A stretch of 63,120 nt of DNA from an uncultured Verrucomicrobiota bacterium (GTDB lineage: Bacteria > Auribacterota > JABMQX01 > JAFGEW01), in contig CAZCQN010000001.1 of the NCBI GenBank assembly GCA_964500825.1, positions 1 to 63,120 of the forward strand, written 5' to 3'. A model generated the notes under the pieces. That model worked only from the letters and a program-made list of their open reading frames with translations, was not told the DNA's origin and did no database searches. The translations under genes and the position numbers were made by a program. Below are positions 25,201 to 31,974 of the stretch, one piece after another (position 1 is the first letter of the stretch; every line of letters starts with the position of its first letter).

Positions 25201-28200
25201 TGGGGGGGGCCGTGAACCTGGCCACGATCTGGTATGCGCCCGGCTTCTGGATGTCGAACGACGATGGCAGACGATCTGTGAAACACAGCGGCTTGTCTCT
25301 CGAGATATGGAATGCATGAGGTGGACCGTCCTTAGCCACTTGAGTGACGCCGTCGGGACCACGAATTTCAAGTGACAGCTCGACTCCCAAGCCGAATGCG
25401 ACATCCTTCTCGCTGGACGTCGAGAGGATGAACGTGAAGTAGATGTTCTCGGTGGGGAGGTAACTCTGACGGTTGAAGATCATCGTCAGGCGCAGCGGTC
25501 CCTCGTTCTCGGCCGTGTCCTTGATGATCTCGGTCAGGGCAAGCGCTGCCAGCCTTTCTCCTTCCGGATACGCCCCGTCCGACCCCCTCCCCGTCGCCAC
25601 GCGCAGCGGCTCAATGGCGGGCTCGCCAATCTTGACCAGTGCCGCCTTCGCCGCCTCGCGTTCGGCCGCATCGTCGCTCGCAAGCTGCTCGACCAACCGG
25701 GCGATTTCCGCCGGGTCCGCCGCCGGCTGCGTGACGGGCTTAGTCCCAGGCGCAGCGATTTCCTCCAGCAAGGCCGCCATGCGAAGGTCTGCGCGGGCCG
25801 TCTTGTTACTCGACAGCTCCACCGGCACTGGTTCGGCCCGGCCATCCCCGAGCCACGCGCCGATGTGCCACGACCCGACCGGCAGCCGCTCCAGCCGGTA
25901 TCGGCCGTTGGCGTCGGTCATGGCCGGCGGATAGTCCAGCGATGCAACGGGCAACCATCCGCCCTTCTCCTTCCAGTACAGAGCCACCTTCGCGTTGGGG
26001 ACGGGTCGGCCGGCCCTGTCGAGTACCTGGCCCTCCACTGCGGCCGTCGATTGCGAAAGGTCCACCACCCGATCCTTAATGGTCTGCCCGTCGCCCAGTT
26101 CGATGCGCACGGCCGCACAGACGCCCTTGATCGGGGCTGAGGGGTACCGCTCGCCGGGCTTGGTCCAGGCCGCCCACTTGCCTGCCGTCACTTCCCCGGC
26201 TGAGGGACCCTGCCACGGATACATCAGCAGGAGAAGCCCCGGCGGGACGGCGTCGATCACGAATTGCCCTTCGGCGTCGGTGATGGCTCGGAGGTGATTG
26301 GACGTATGGATGCCGATGTGTCGGTACTGCTGTATCGTCGAGACCGACAGCGGTGCCGCAGCGAGGGGTCGCCCGTCCGGTCCGAGGACCTTCCCCTCAA
26401 GCCGGCCCGCGCGGTGAAGCTCGAACACGCCCTTGTCCGGACCGTAGGTGCCGTCGGCGAGGCGATGCAGCGAGAGGTCCTCGCGGAATGCATAGCCAGC
26501 GGCACGGATCGTCAAGATCAGAGGCGACCCCGGATCGATTATCGGCAGGTGGAAACGGCCGTCCGAATCCGTCGTCGCGGTCCACGGCGGCTTGGTGGAA
26601 GAGACAACGGCGCCCGCCACACCCTTGCCGCTCATGTCCACGATCCTGCCCAGTGTCTCGGACGGCATTAACTCGCTGGTTGCGCCCGCCGCCGGCTGCG
26701 TGGTCGGTGACTCGCCACAAATGCCGGTGACGACGCGAACAGCGGTCTTCTTGCCCGGCAGCAGGGATACGTTCTGGAACTCCGCGTAGTGGATAGGCTG
26801 GACTTCGAGGCGCAGCGTTACCAGTTTAGCGTCTGTTCTCCACCATCTCGCAAAGTCGCGATGCATCAGGCCGGGCCTGTCCTTGACCCACGTATCAATG
26901 CTGCTGGCCTCGTTCAGTCGATGAGCTTTCCCCGTGTCGTCGGTTACGATGAACTGCCAGTTGAGATTGATCCACGACTCGTCCATAATGGCAGAGAATA
27001 CGACGTCGTTCGCCCCGTGCGGTGGGTCCGTGAACTCCAGAACACCGTAGCCGTCATCAAGCTTGAAGCTCTGGACAGCCCCGTTGCCGTCAAGAACGCC
27101 CGACCCGATAGGCTTCCACGGCCCGGAGGCCGCGCCGATGCGGATGTCTGTCGTTTCCTGGTCCTTCTGGAACAGCTGAGCGTCAGCACTGACGGCCTCG
27201 CCGGACTCACTCTTTGAAACGCACGCACCACCCTTGCCTTGGGCGCTCAGCCGGATCAGCCCCCCCTCAGACCGGCCTGAAGACCGCACGCGATAGGCGA
27301 GCTCAACGGCTCGTAGGTCGTCCCAGGTTCGGCTTCCAAAGGGAGCGGTCTGGAGAGTGTAGGGGCGATCGGCAAGCGGACGCCCGTCGGGTTGCCACCA
27401 GGCTTTGCCAGTAGAAGGCGAGTCGGCCAAGCCGACCAGCTCGACAACGACCCCGTTCGGTAGGCGGACTTCCCATGGCGGACCATTGAGCTGAACCCCC
27501 GCCGGCTCGGTGGAGGTGTTCTTGACTTCGGCCGCCTGCTTCCGCAGCCGGGAGATCGCCTCGCGCTCGGCGATCTTCCCCGGAACCAGAAGAATCCACC
27601 GGTCTCTGCCATCAACCGGGAGGGCCCGCCAGACCTTTTCCACAGTGGCAAGATCAGCGTCAGGAAGCAGAATGCCTACATGCGGCAACGATGCCTGATC
27701 CCGAACGACCTCCTTGATCCAAGCGGCGTCATTGCCAAGAACGAGTGATACGACAGGAATAGCCTTCCCCTCTTTGGAAGTCAGCATCCCCTGAGGTCGC
27801 CCGAGATCGTCGCGGTGGTTTTCATCAACCTGCATGGAGAAATCGCCGAACCCCAATTCGCCCTTGGGAAGCCCTGTCCAGCCAGTTCGAAGGTTGCCAG
27901 TGGCGGCGACATGTATGACGGTGATTCCAGCATCAGTGACCGGGAATGTTGAACTCAAGCTGTAATCCAGCTCAACAGGCTGAGTACTCGCTTGAGGGGA
28001 CGTAGCAGCCAAGGCGCTTGGGGGAATCAGCTTGTACAGGGGATCAAAGAGCATCAGGCTGATCGATATGTAGACATCCTCACCCCGCGTCTTGACCTCC
28101 TTGGGCCGGAGGATGCCGACTCTCCCGTCGGGGAGGAGTGCCAGGAAATCCTGGCCGGCCACGAAGGGATAGGCCCGGACTCCATGCTCCAACTCCGCCA

Positions 28201-30340
28201 CGTCCCCCTCGGCGTTGTAGGTCTCGACGACGTCGGCCAGCCGCCTCTGGTCAAGGAACCTCTCGCCATCACCCCATAGGTTGTACCCCTTCGGCAAGGC
28301 CGCTGGCGTATACAGGGCCAGTTTCAGGCCGTTGAACGCCAAAAGGCGATTCCCCCGGGCTTGATCCCACGCCAGGACCGGCCCTTCCTTGGCGCTTAAA
28401 GCCTGATAGGCCGCTGCACGGGTCTGCTGCTCTGTTCCCTTGGGCTGGAATGGGTTGACATAGACTGTGGCCATCTTGTCCAGGTTGATCCCTTCCAGCC
28501 AATGCCAGCCGCGATCACCACGATTGGTGAGGACGATCTGTACAGAACGGTAACCGCCTTCCAGCTTGTGTATGGCATCGACGTAACGGCCTACGGTGGC
28601 CATTTCATCACTCGTCAACCGGGCAAGGGCCTTCTTGATCTCAGGGATGGCCTCCGGCCTCCCGAATCCGGCGAGGTGTTCCGCAATCAACCATCGAGGC
28701 CCGATGTTCGGCTTGTTCAAGGCGGCGAGGAGGGCCTGGAACGCTTCATCGCCACCGAGTTGGCTCAGAGCAACGCTGGCGGCGATGGTGTTCTTCTCCA
28801 GCAGCGGCACGATTGCGGCCACGTGCGCTCGATTGCCCGACTTGCCAAGCACCACTAGCGAGCAGTGAACGACGTTGGAATTTCTGGAGTCGAGGCCCTT
28901 GCGCATCAACGCCTGCACGTCGGGATCCTTGGCCATCGTCTCAAGGACTTGTACTGCATGGGCGTCGCCAGGGCCGCCTTGGGCAAAGAGCCGAGACACC
29001 GGCTCGGCCACTGCCGGGCCCATTTCGCTGAGCCGTTCCGCGGCCAATTCCCTGGTATACTCGTCCTCGCTCTTGAGTTGCTCAATCAAGGAGGCTACTT
29101 CCGAGTTGTCCTGTCCGGTTGCCCTTATGACTGCCAGCGGGATCGCCACGGCCGCGATGAGGGCGGCGAGAATGATGATGCCGATGCGCGTCAGGGCGCG
29201 GCGGTTGCGCGTGGCGTCCAGAATGGCGAGCAGCCGGCCTTCGAGCTTGCTCTTGCGGGCCATGGCGATGGAGTTGTACGTGGCCAGCATGCCGCTCTTG
29301 AGACCGCTGGCGATCTCCAGCAGGTGCTCAGCGTAATCGCTGGGCCGGACCGAGGATGGCTCGCCTGCCGCGGACGCGGCAAGCGCCCCGCCGGAGAGCA
29401 CCAGGTCGTCGCACGCAGCCTCGGCCTCGCGCTGCATCAGCTTGAAGGCCATCCAGCACAGCGGGTTGAACCAGTAGAATGCGCAGGTGACGTGGGCGAC
29501 GAGCTTGGCCAGGCAGTCGCGGCGCTTGGCATGGGCCAACTCGTGCAGCAGGACGACCCAGCGGCGCTCGACGGGCCAATGCTCCGCCTCGGCCGGCAAC
29601 AGCAGCTTCGGCCGGAACGTGCCCCAGACCATCGGCATCGGTTCGTCGCTGCTCTGAAGCAGCGAGACCCGCCGCGTCAGCCCGACGGCCTGGGCGGCAC
29701 GCTGAGAGAGCGTGGCCCACACGCCGCCGGTGATCCGGCGCGAGTGCCGCGCAAGCCACCACAGGCTGATTCGCCCCAGCAGAAGCGGAAGCAGGCACAC
29801 AATCGTCCCGGCAAGCCATATCGCCACAGACAACAGGACGGCCCATGTCCACCTCGACTGGCCTGCTGCCGAGCCCGCTCCGGTTGTATCGGTCGTGGCC
29901 TGCGGTGCCTGTTCATGTGCAACGGCTGGTGGCGACGACGTGCCGGGTTCGGACGTGTCGTCAGTCAGAGCGGTTGGCGGCCCGGGGTGCATGCGGGCTT
30001 GACCCGCACCCTGGAGCGGATCGGTCTGGCCCGACTCTGCTGGAGGCGAATCGGCGGGAGAAGGGGAAGCTGGTTCAGCGGACCCGACGGGCATCTCGAA
30101 CTTGACCCAGCCCGGCAGCACGCGCCATGACGGCAGAGCCGCTGAGACAAGCGGCAGTGCCAGCAACGCCGCGAGCGCCAGCAGCCAGACCACCTGCCGG
30201 GCGGCGGCCGACGCCTTCCGCATGGCCAGCACCAGCACCCCCGCAATGGCCAGCAGCACCATTCCTTTGGCGGCAACGTCCAGTAGGACGGGCAGCGCGT
30301 CGAAGGCCCACCGTTGCAATGGTTCCAGCACGGTGTTCAT
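19295..30340 (-). CDS. Giant (3681-aa) BlaR1/MecR1-type M56 metallopeptidase signal transducer with a >3200-aa extracytoplasmic region
   Basis: N-terminal TM helices and VVLLHELAHAKRRDCLAKL (HExxH at 29531-29545), then FYWFNPLCWMAF, as in peptidase M56. A further TM follows (IGIIILAALIAAVAIPLAVI). Then HEAT-like repeats, several CarboxypepD_reg-like units (VEGQVLDRAGRPVPNAKVALY..TDANGRYRLERLPVGSWHI) and a TPR-like block. The C-terminus AIGFELDARGAELFAALTKANINNALAIVVGGKVVSAPIIKT..IIIGQFTEQEVNALVQALLAG resembles the SecD P1-head. Confidence 0.9.
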   Translation of the reverse strand: MNTVLEPLQRWAFDALPVLLDVAAKGMVLLAIAGVLVLAMRKASAAARQVVWLLALAALLALPLVSAALPSWRVLPGWVKFEMPVGSAEPASPSPADSPPAESGQTDPLQGAGQARMHPGPPTALTDDTSEPGTSSPPAVAHEQAPQATTDTTGAGSAAGQSRWTWAVLLSVAIWLAGTIVCLLPLLLGRISLWWLARHSRRITGGVWATLSQRAAQAVGLTRRVSLLQSSDEPMPMVWGTFRPKLLLPAEAEHWPVERRWVVLLHELAHAKRRDCLAKLVAHVTCAFYWFNPLCWMAFKLMQREAEAACDDLVLSGGALAASAAGEPSSVRPSDYAEHLLEIASGLKSGMLATYNSIAMARKSKLEGRLLAILDATRNRRALTRIGIIILAALIAAVAIPLAVIRATGQDNSEVASLIEQLKSEDEYTRELAAERLSEMGPAVAEPVSRLFAQGGPGDAHAVQVLETMAKDPDVQALMRKGLDSRNSNVVHCSLVVLGKSGNRAHVAAIVPLLEKNTIAASVALSQLGGDEAFQALLAALNKPNIGPRWLIAEHLAGFGRPEAIPEIKKALARLTSDEMATVGRYVDAIHKLEGGYRSVQIVLTNRGDRGWHWLEGINLDKMATVYVNPFQPKGTEQQTRAAAYQALSAKEGPVLAWDQARGNRLLAFNGLKLALYTPAALPKGYNLWGDGERFLDQRRLADVVETYNAEGDVAELEHGVRAYPFVAGQDFLALLPDGRVGILRPKEVKTRGEDVYISISLMLFDPLYKLIPPSALAATSPQASTQPVELDYSLSSTFPVTDAGITVIHVAATGNLRTGWTGLPKGELGFGDFSMQVDENHRDDLGRPQGMLTSKEGKAIPVVSLVLGNDAAWIKEVVRDQASLPHVGILLPDADLATVEKVWRALPVDGRDRWILLVPGKIAEREAISRLRKQAAEVKNTSTEPAGVQLNGPPWEVRLPNGVVVELVGLADSPSTGKAWWQPDGRPLADRPYTLQTAPFGSRTWDDLRAVELAYRVRSSGRSEGGLIRLSAQGKGGACVSKSESGEAVSADAQLFQKDQETTDIRIGAASGPWKPIGSGVLDGNGAVQSFKLDDGYGVLEFTDPPHGANDVVFSAIMDESWINLNWQFIVTDDTGKAHRLNEASSIDTWVKDRPGLMHRDFARWWRTDAKLVTLRLEVQPIHYAEFQNVSLLPGKKTAVRVVTGICGESPTTQPAAGATSELMPSETLGRIVDMSGKGVAGAVVSSTKPPWTATTDSDGRFHLPIIDPGSPLILTIRAAGYAFREDLSLHRLADGTYGPDKGVFELHRAGRLEGKVLGPDGRPLAAAPLSVSTIQQYRHIGIHTSNHLRAITDAEGQFVIDAVPPGLLLLMYPWQGPSAGEVTAGKWAAWTKPGERYPSAPIKGVCAAVRIELGDGQTIKDRVVDLSQSTAAVEGQVLDRAGRPVPNAKVALYWKEKGGWLPVASLDYPPAMTDANGRYRLERLPVGSWHIGAWLGDGRAEPVPVELSSNKTARADLRMAALLEEIAAPGTKPVTQPAADPAEIARLVEQLASDDAAEREAAKAALVKIGEPAIEPLRVATGRGSDGAYPEGERLAALALTEIIKDTAENEGPLRLTMIFNRQSYLPTENIYFTFILSTSSEKDVAFGLGVELSLEIRGPDGVTQVAKDGPPHAFHISRDKPLCFTDRLPSSFDIQKPGAYQIVARFTAPPNGHDVVTEPYTIHVVQSDQEEVISRRDVLHRGDTTYRYELVKFTDDGQAVFLLRRQVLNSTLPKGSTIGGQRIDADGLEKGVLAEDPVFINGAEGWKIALPEGVTLAASVPQGGSGAAVVWRKIPLPPDELVFKQLGPKYSPVVVEDSNGVRYALDGTEPAATQPAAQPAGEGGEAADESDAAEVAAPEKATVELSGRVVDDETGELVKGFALQEGWPDPKDPSKISWGGGTHHSSLHENGSFSVQQGMHKGRILWLRVLADGYLPQPVTPEPLTAPASAQNLEVRLKRGLEVHGRVVDHTSKPVAGAKVFLGGYQGLHLVDGEAECFYCSRTTTDKEGAFVLAGVGEGADSITVSAPSLHVWQVPLTKPDEEILITLPQPATLVLRYDIEGDEDPGQFHLHLKTREMKDWKGVGSFQEPTVANKGTTTLSNVTPGVYDLFRMKELRVGQQGGGALCDRRTITLDAGKTSEVEFVRKTGHPITGEVVGLKEAGVPGALIYVKPAAATGDPLKTDEWKLTTFDALTCGEDGQFKTARIPPGTYTVIVYAYNPEPRTNIFYTGVRLPDFIGTAKVTVPENAPPPPVRIELKPRPGAWGTAVEGVHCRLRADKLEWKVGDTLTFKADVWNRGERELLVCQSQSLCELEFDGQWYAWAGEVDVKSSGFGPGRHYGDIPIALDEHWQSKQDHKPLPLSVGEHSVYVAFTAPSAKPGEEAPVRFISNRVEIEIVPAEPSLPPTGQPAAQPADSCELAFATEGLRLEPYPEGGLYTVTAVIENKGSRPAGPFGVRFYYRGRPGSSQPAEHTAGPIKPNETFRERTLPFALTEGVNEVFVELDWRNEIHEADETDNKATLEVTVKDGKVVGKTFIADWPATQPADLTEAQRHEQWSRIHLGQCIVLSSSSARMTGEVAFNKIVPVLLAGGAGQDPAVLRLAFVVFERTDVAITAKLYGQLISYPKGKWRIGMDLLPSANGSLRKEVVIENSGVVIGLPVVQSGHLAFAFAVPPELPAGARFAVTISPAEADAPANGSFTELDYKALAQKRHFRELPGSGTIAVDVSPMPQKIPVQTNLWREITEEPPLEMALLFPLHGRPVYWESDGRIFACTHGYGGSSPANADFVRPDIPGGVYRLSMNSRPNDGFIAGSTDSIRLAGDGVIAQGQLEWFEGASLTIRLVDRRSGWPGASVPVLLRLPNGLPIYMRADDHGQLRLDHLPPGRLTAEIGVRDWWSLYRPESIKTVSLEVKAGDDKTVAVDYALDRPTYRCAATQPAMQPQIDKAFLEYIEALAEEPGVKIEPVAGAAEAYAQATAEGRRASGAAILANPSTFAQPEELRLSNWRKSLAAPFPIYESFVRKYPLTPEGLRTLNLLGVEYARVGQFEEGVRLLTAALKLARGTPIEGILNINLAWAQMEAGQLDAAEMRLREIVTLAPPTTFEGWKTAGVTRFLAQTYLAEVEVKRGRLAEAHELLTAVADTAVAKAKEYPSLSDFFASYAGQAYTKRIVLLLDRKPPDLALARRLAEEFQALFPDYKGPAFTYEVMLTYLRAATQPRDHELPDGFVVQGVIVSDSGEPMPDVNVRASAGWDTLRRTGFTTTDAQGRYTLRFGPGILFERPTLNFQAAVIFAEKAGYFETSLCRQGDLRMSNKMPPKETLQDWPAEKVVLPGEPVTVNFEMAPAASAQVQLVDQQDEPLPDHRLWLTAEKTWPASNVLFGARTDEEGCIHWSGIPTGLKCWFEAPRRGRRSSSKSGIIQFEPGQYNVKLRLIGSGSSQALEIVESVKPSATTQPAGSKLEFRVAPKSSDLDKAELASYMDWLEAGKVGFWWKGGPIRGRVPDHAWLPISGELPNSQQLVTGEHDGQKYVLVSDKPGQTMVPGEGKDAWGLAKVYATKDGRDQPAIGFELDARGAELFAALTKANINNALAIVVGGKVVSAPIIKTALSKAGIIIGQFTEQEVNALVQALLAGMPPAS

Positions 30341-30726
30341 GGTTGCCTCTCCTTGCCCCGGGCCTGGCGGATCAACCCGGCCAGCCGCCTGAGTTCTTCA
30401 TCCGATATGTCGGTGTCCTTCTGGGCCAGATGGGCGGCGACGGCTTGGCGGAGCGAGCCGCCGAAAAAGGTGTCCACGACCCGCCGCATGGCCGACGGCC
30501 CGGCCTTCTGCGCCAGCACGGTCGGCTGATAGATGTACTTCCGGCCCTTCTGGTAATGCCTGAGGTGGCCCTTGTTCTCAAGGATGCTCATGAGCCTGCC
30601 CAGCGCTCCGCGAGCGGGCGGATCGAGGATCTCGGCCAGCACGTCGGAGACAGACGCCTCCCCGTGCGAGTAGACAATGTCCATGATCTGCCGTTCCCGC
30701 CGGCTCAGTTGCGACTGAAGGTCCAT
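30337..30726 (-). CDS. blaI: BlaI/MecI/CopY-family winged-helix transcriptional repressor
   Basis: 129 aa. LSRRERQIMDIVYSHGEASVSDVLAEI..ALGRLMSILENKGHLRHYQKGRKYIYQP matches the penicillinase-repressor fold pattern. GGAGGG RBS. Its stop overlaps the start of the M56 gene (ATGA). Confidence 0.9.
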   Translation of the reverse strand: MDLQSQLSRRERQIMDIVYSHGEASVSDVLAEILDPPARGALGRLMSILENKGHLRHYQKGRKYIYQPTVLAQKAGPSAMRRVVDTFFGGSLRQAVAAHLAQKDTDISDEELRRLAGLIRQARGKERQP

Positions 30727-30810
30727 AGGTCAGCCCTCCGTTCCCGTTCGAGTCGACTGCCCCGGCCCAACAAGGGATTTGACAGCCGGCCGGAGCGTTT
30801 GTTCCATGTA

Positions 30811-30847
30811 CGCCTAACTTATTAGGCGCTGCACCTAACTGCGTCAA
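30811..30847 (-). promoter_or_regulatory. Candidate blaI promoter with overlapping palindromic operator
   Basis: Minus strand: TTGACG (30847-30842), 17 nt, TAATAA (30824-30819). The perfect palindrome CGCCTAA-taag-TTAGGCG (30811-30828) overlaps the -10. A third half-site TTAGGTG sits in the spacer. About 85 nt upstream of the blaI ATG. Confidence 0.5.
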
Positions 30848-31147
30848 GAGGAAAATAATAATTTTTTATGATCACAAGCAGGGGTGAGCACAAGGGGCGA
30901 GTGTTCAGCGTCAGCGTCTTTGGCAGAGAGGGCAGACCGTGGCTGGGTTGCAGATCAGCCCGCACGCCGTGACCTTGTGCGCACGACTGCCACTTCCCCA
31001 AGCCCAATGGCTGGACCGCAGTGGTCCGCTCAGCGGAACCCATCTGTCGCTTCAGCGGCTAGGGTTCACCTGCACGGGAACGTCTCGACGAGTTCAGTGG
31101 AAGCGAATGCCCGCCTCGGATTTCGGCCTTGCAGAGATCCCAACCGC

Positions 31148-31715
31148 CTTTCAGTCCTGGGGACAATCTGGGGACACAAAGAGGTCAAAACGGACGGGAA
31201 GAGGCCGAACTAGACCGAAACAGAACGAAGTCGATTCGGTGTCGGAAGCCGCTCGCCGCAAGGGAGATGCAGTGTAAGCCGTTGCCGATAAACTGCTTGC
31301 CAAAACGGCCTCGATAGGACTTAAAATCCCTCGGGGCGACCCCGTGCCAGCTCGCGTCCGGCCTCCGGAACTTCTTCTTTCCCAATGCCTACGGTTCATG
31401 CAGAACCGTCAGAGAGCGGCCCGAAGGTGGAACAGGGGACTCGTAGTCCCCGTGGGTCACAACCCGTGCGGGTTGGACTCCAACGCCCGACCATCTTCAC
31501 TCTTCGCCACTTACGACTCAAGCAAGAACCCTGAACGCCGGCGCGGCCGTCGCACACGGGACAATGAATCCCCTGGATGATCGCGCCCGTCTTGGGTTCT
31601 GGGCCTCAAGCGCCATTCTCCCACAGCCACTTGCGACTCATCCCTGATCGCCTGCATGCGTCGCCCAAAGCGCCAGGGGACAATCTGGGGACACAGGGAA
31701 ATCAGAGCGTCTTGC
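31148..31715 (+). repeat. tRNA-Leu trailer modules, copy cluster B (about two and a half units with decayed tRNA-like segments)
   Basis: M2 CCTGGGGACAATCTGGGGACACA at 31156 and 31673. M1 CACTTACGACTCA at 31508 and CACTTGCGACTCA at 31628. Block GTGTCGGAAGCCGCTCGCCGCAAGGGAGATGC. tRNA-like pieces at 31316-31369 and 31417-31492 (GGGGA-CTCGTAG-TCCCC arm; no pairing acceptor stem). Confidence 0.7.
31316..31369 (+). pseudogene. Decayed 3' part of a tRNA-Leu gene (anticodon arm to acceptor)
   Basis: AGGACTTAAAATCCCTCGGGGCGACCCCGTGCCAGCTCGCGTCCGGCCTCCGGA. Variable arm, T arm and acceptor resemble tRNA-Leu(CAA) at 6719 (..CGGGGGCAACCCCGTGCCGGTTCGAGTCCGGCCTCCGGCA), but the T loop is mutated and the anticodon loop reads UAA. 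No D arm or 5' acceptor. Confidence 0.6.
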
Positions 31716-31974
31716 CGACGTGAAGCTCACCTTCTCGAGCTCGTCGAGCGGGAAACGCGGAAGGGACGCTGCATCACGTGGTGGCCGCCGGCAACCACAC
31801 GGCGTCCTGCTCGATGATCAGCGCGACGCCGCGGATGACACGTTCGTTTGTCCGGTTGCCGCGTTCCTCCTTCCGGTGGGTCTTCTGTTCCTTGCTCCCG
31901 GGTGTCAGGGTCATGCTCTGAATCCGGTCTACGGGAACTGACGAGACGGGTCCCGACAGGGCGGCAGAGAATGG

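Noticed and set aside
31170-31210. Resemblance of GGGGACACAAAGAGGTCAAAACGGAC to Tn3-family 38-bp terminal inverted repeats (GGGG .. AACG at the same offset as in Tn3)
   Set aside because: All copies are in the same orientation. No inverted partner, transposase, resolvase or target-site duplication was seen. The motif is preceded by a second direct GGGGACA repeat, which Tn3 ends lack. Kept only as a remote possibility.
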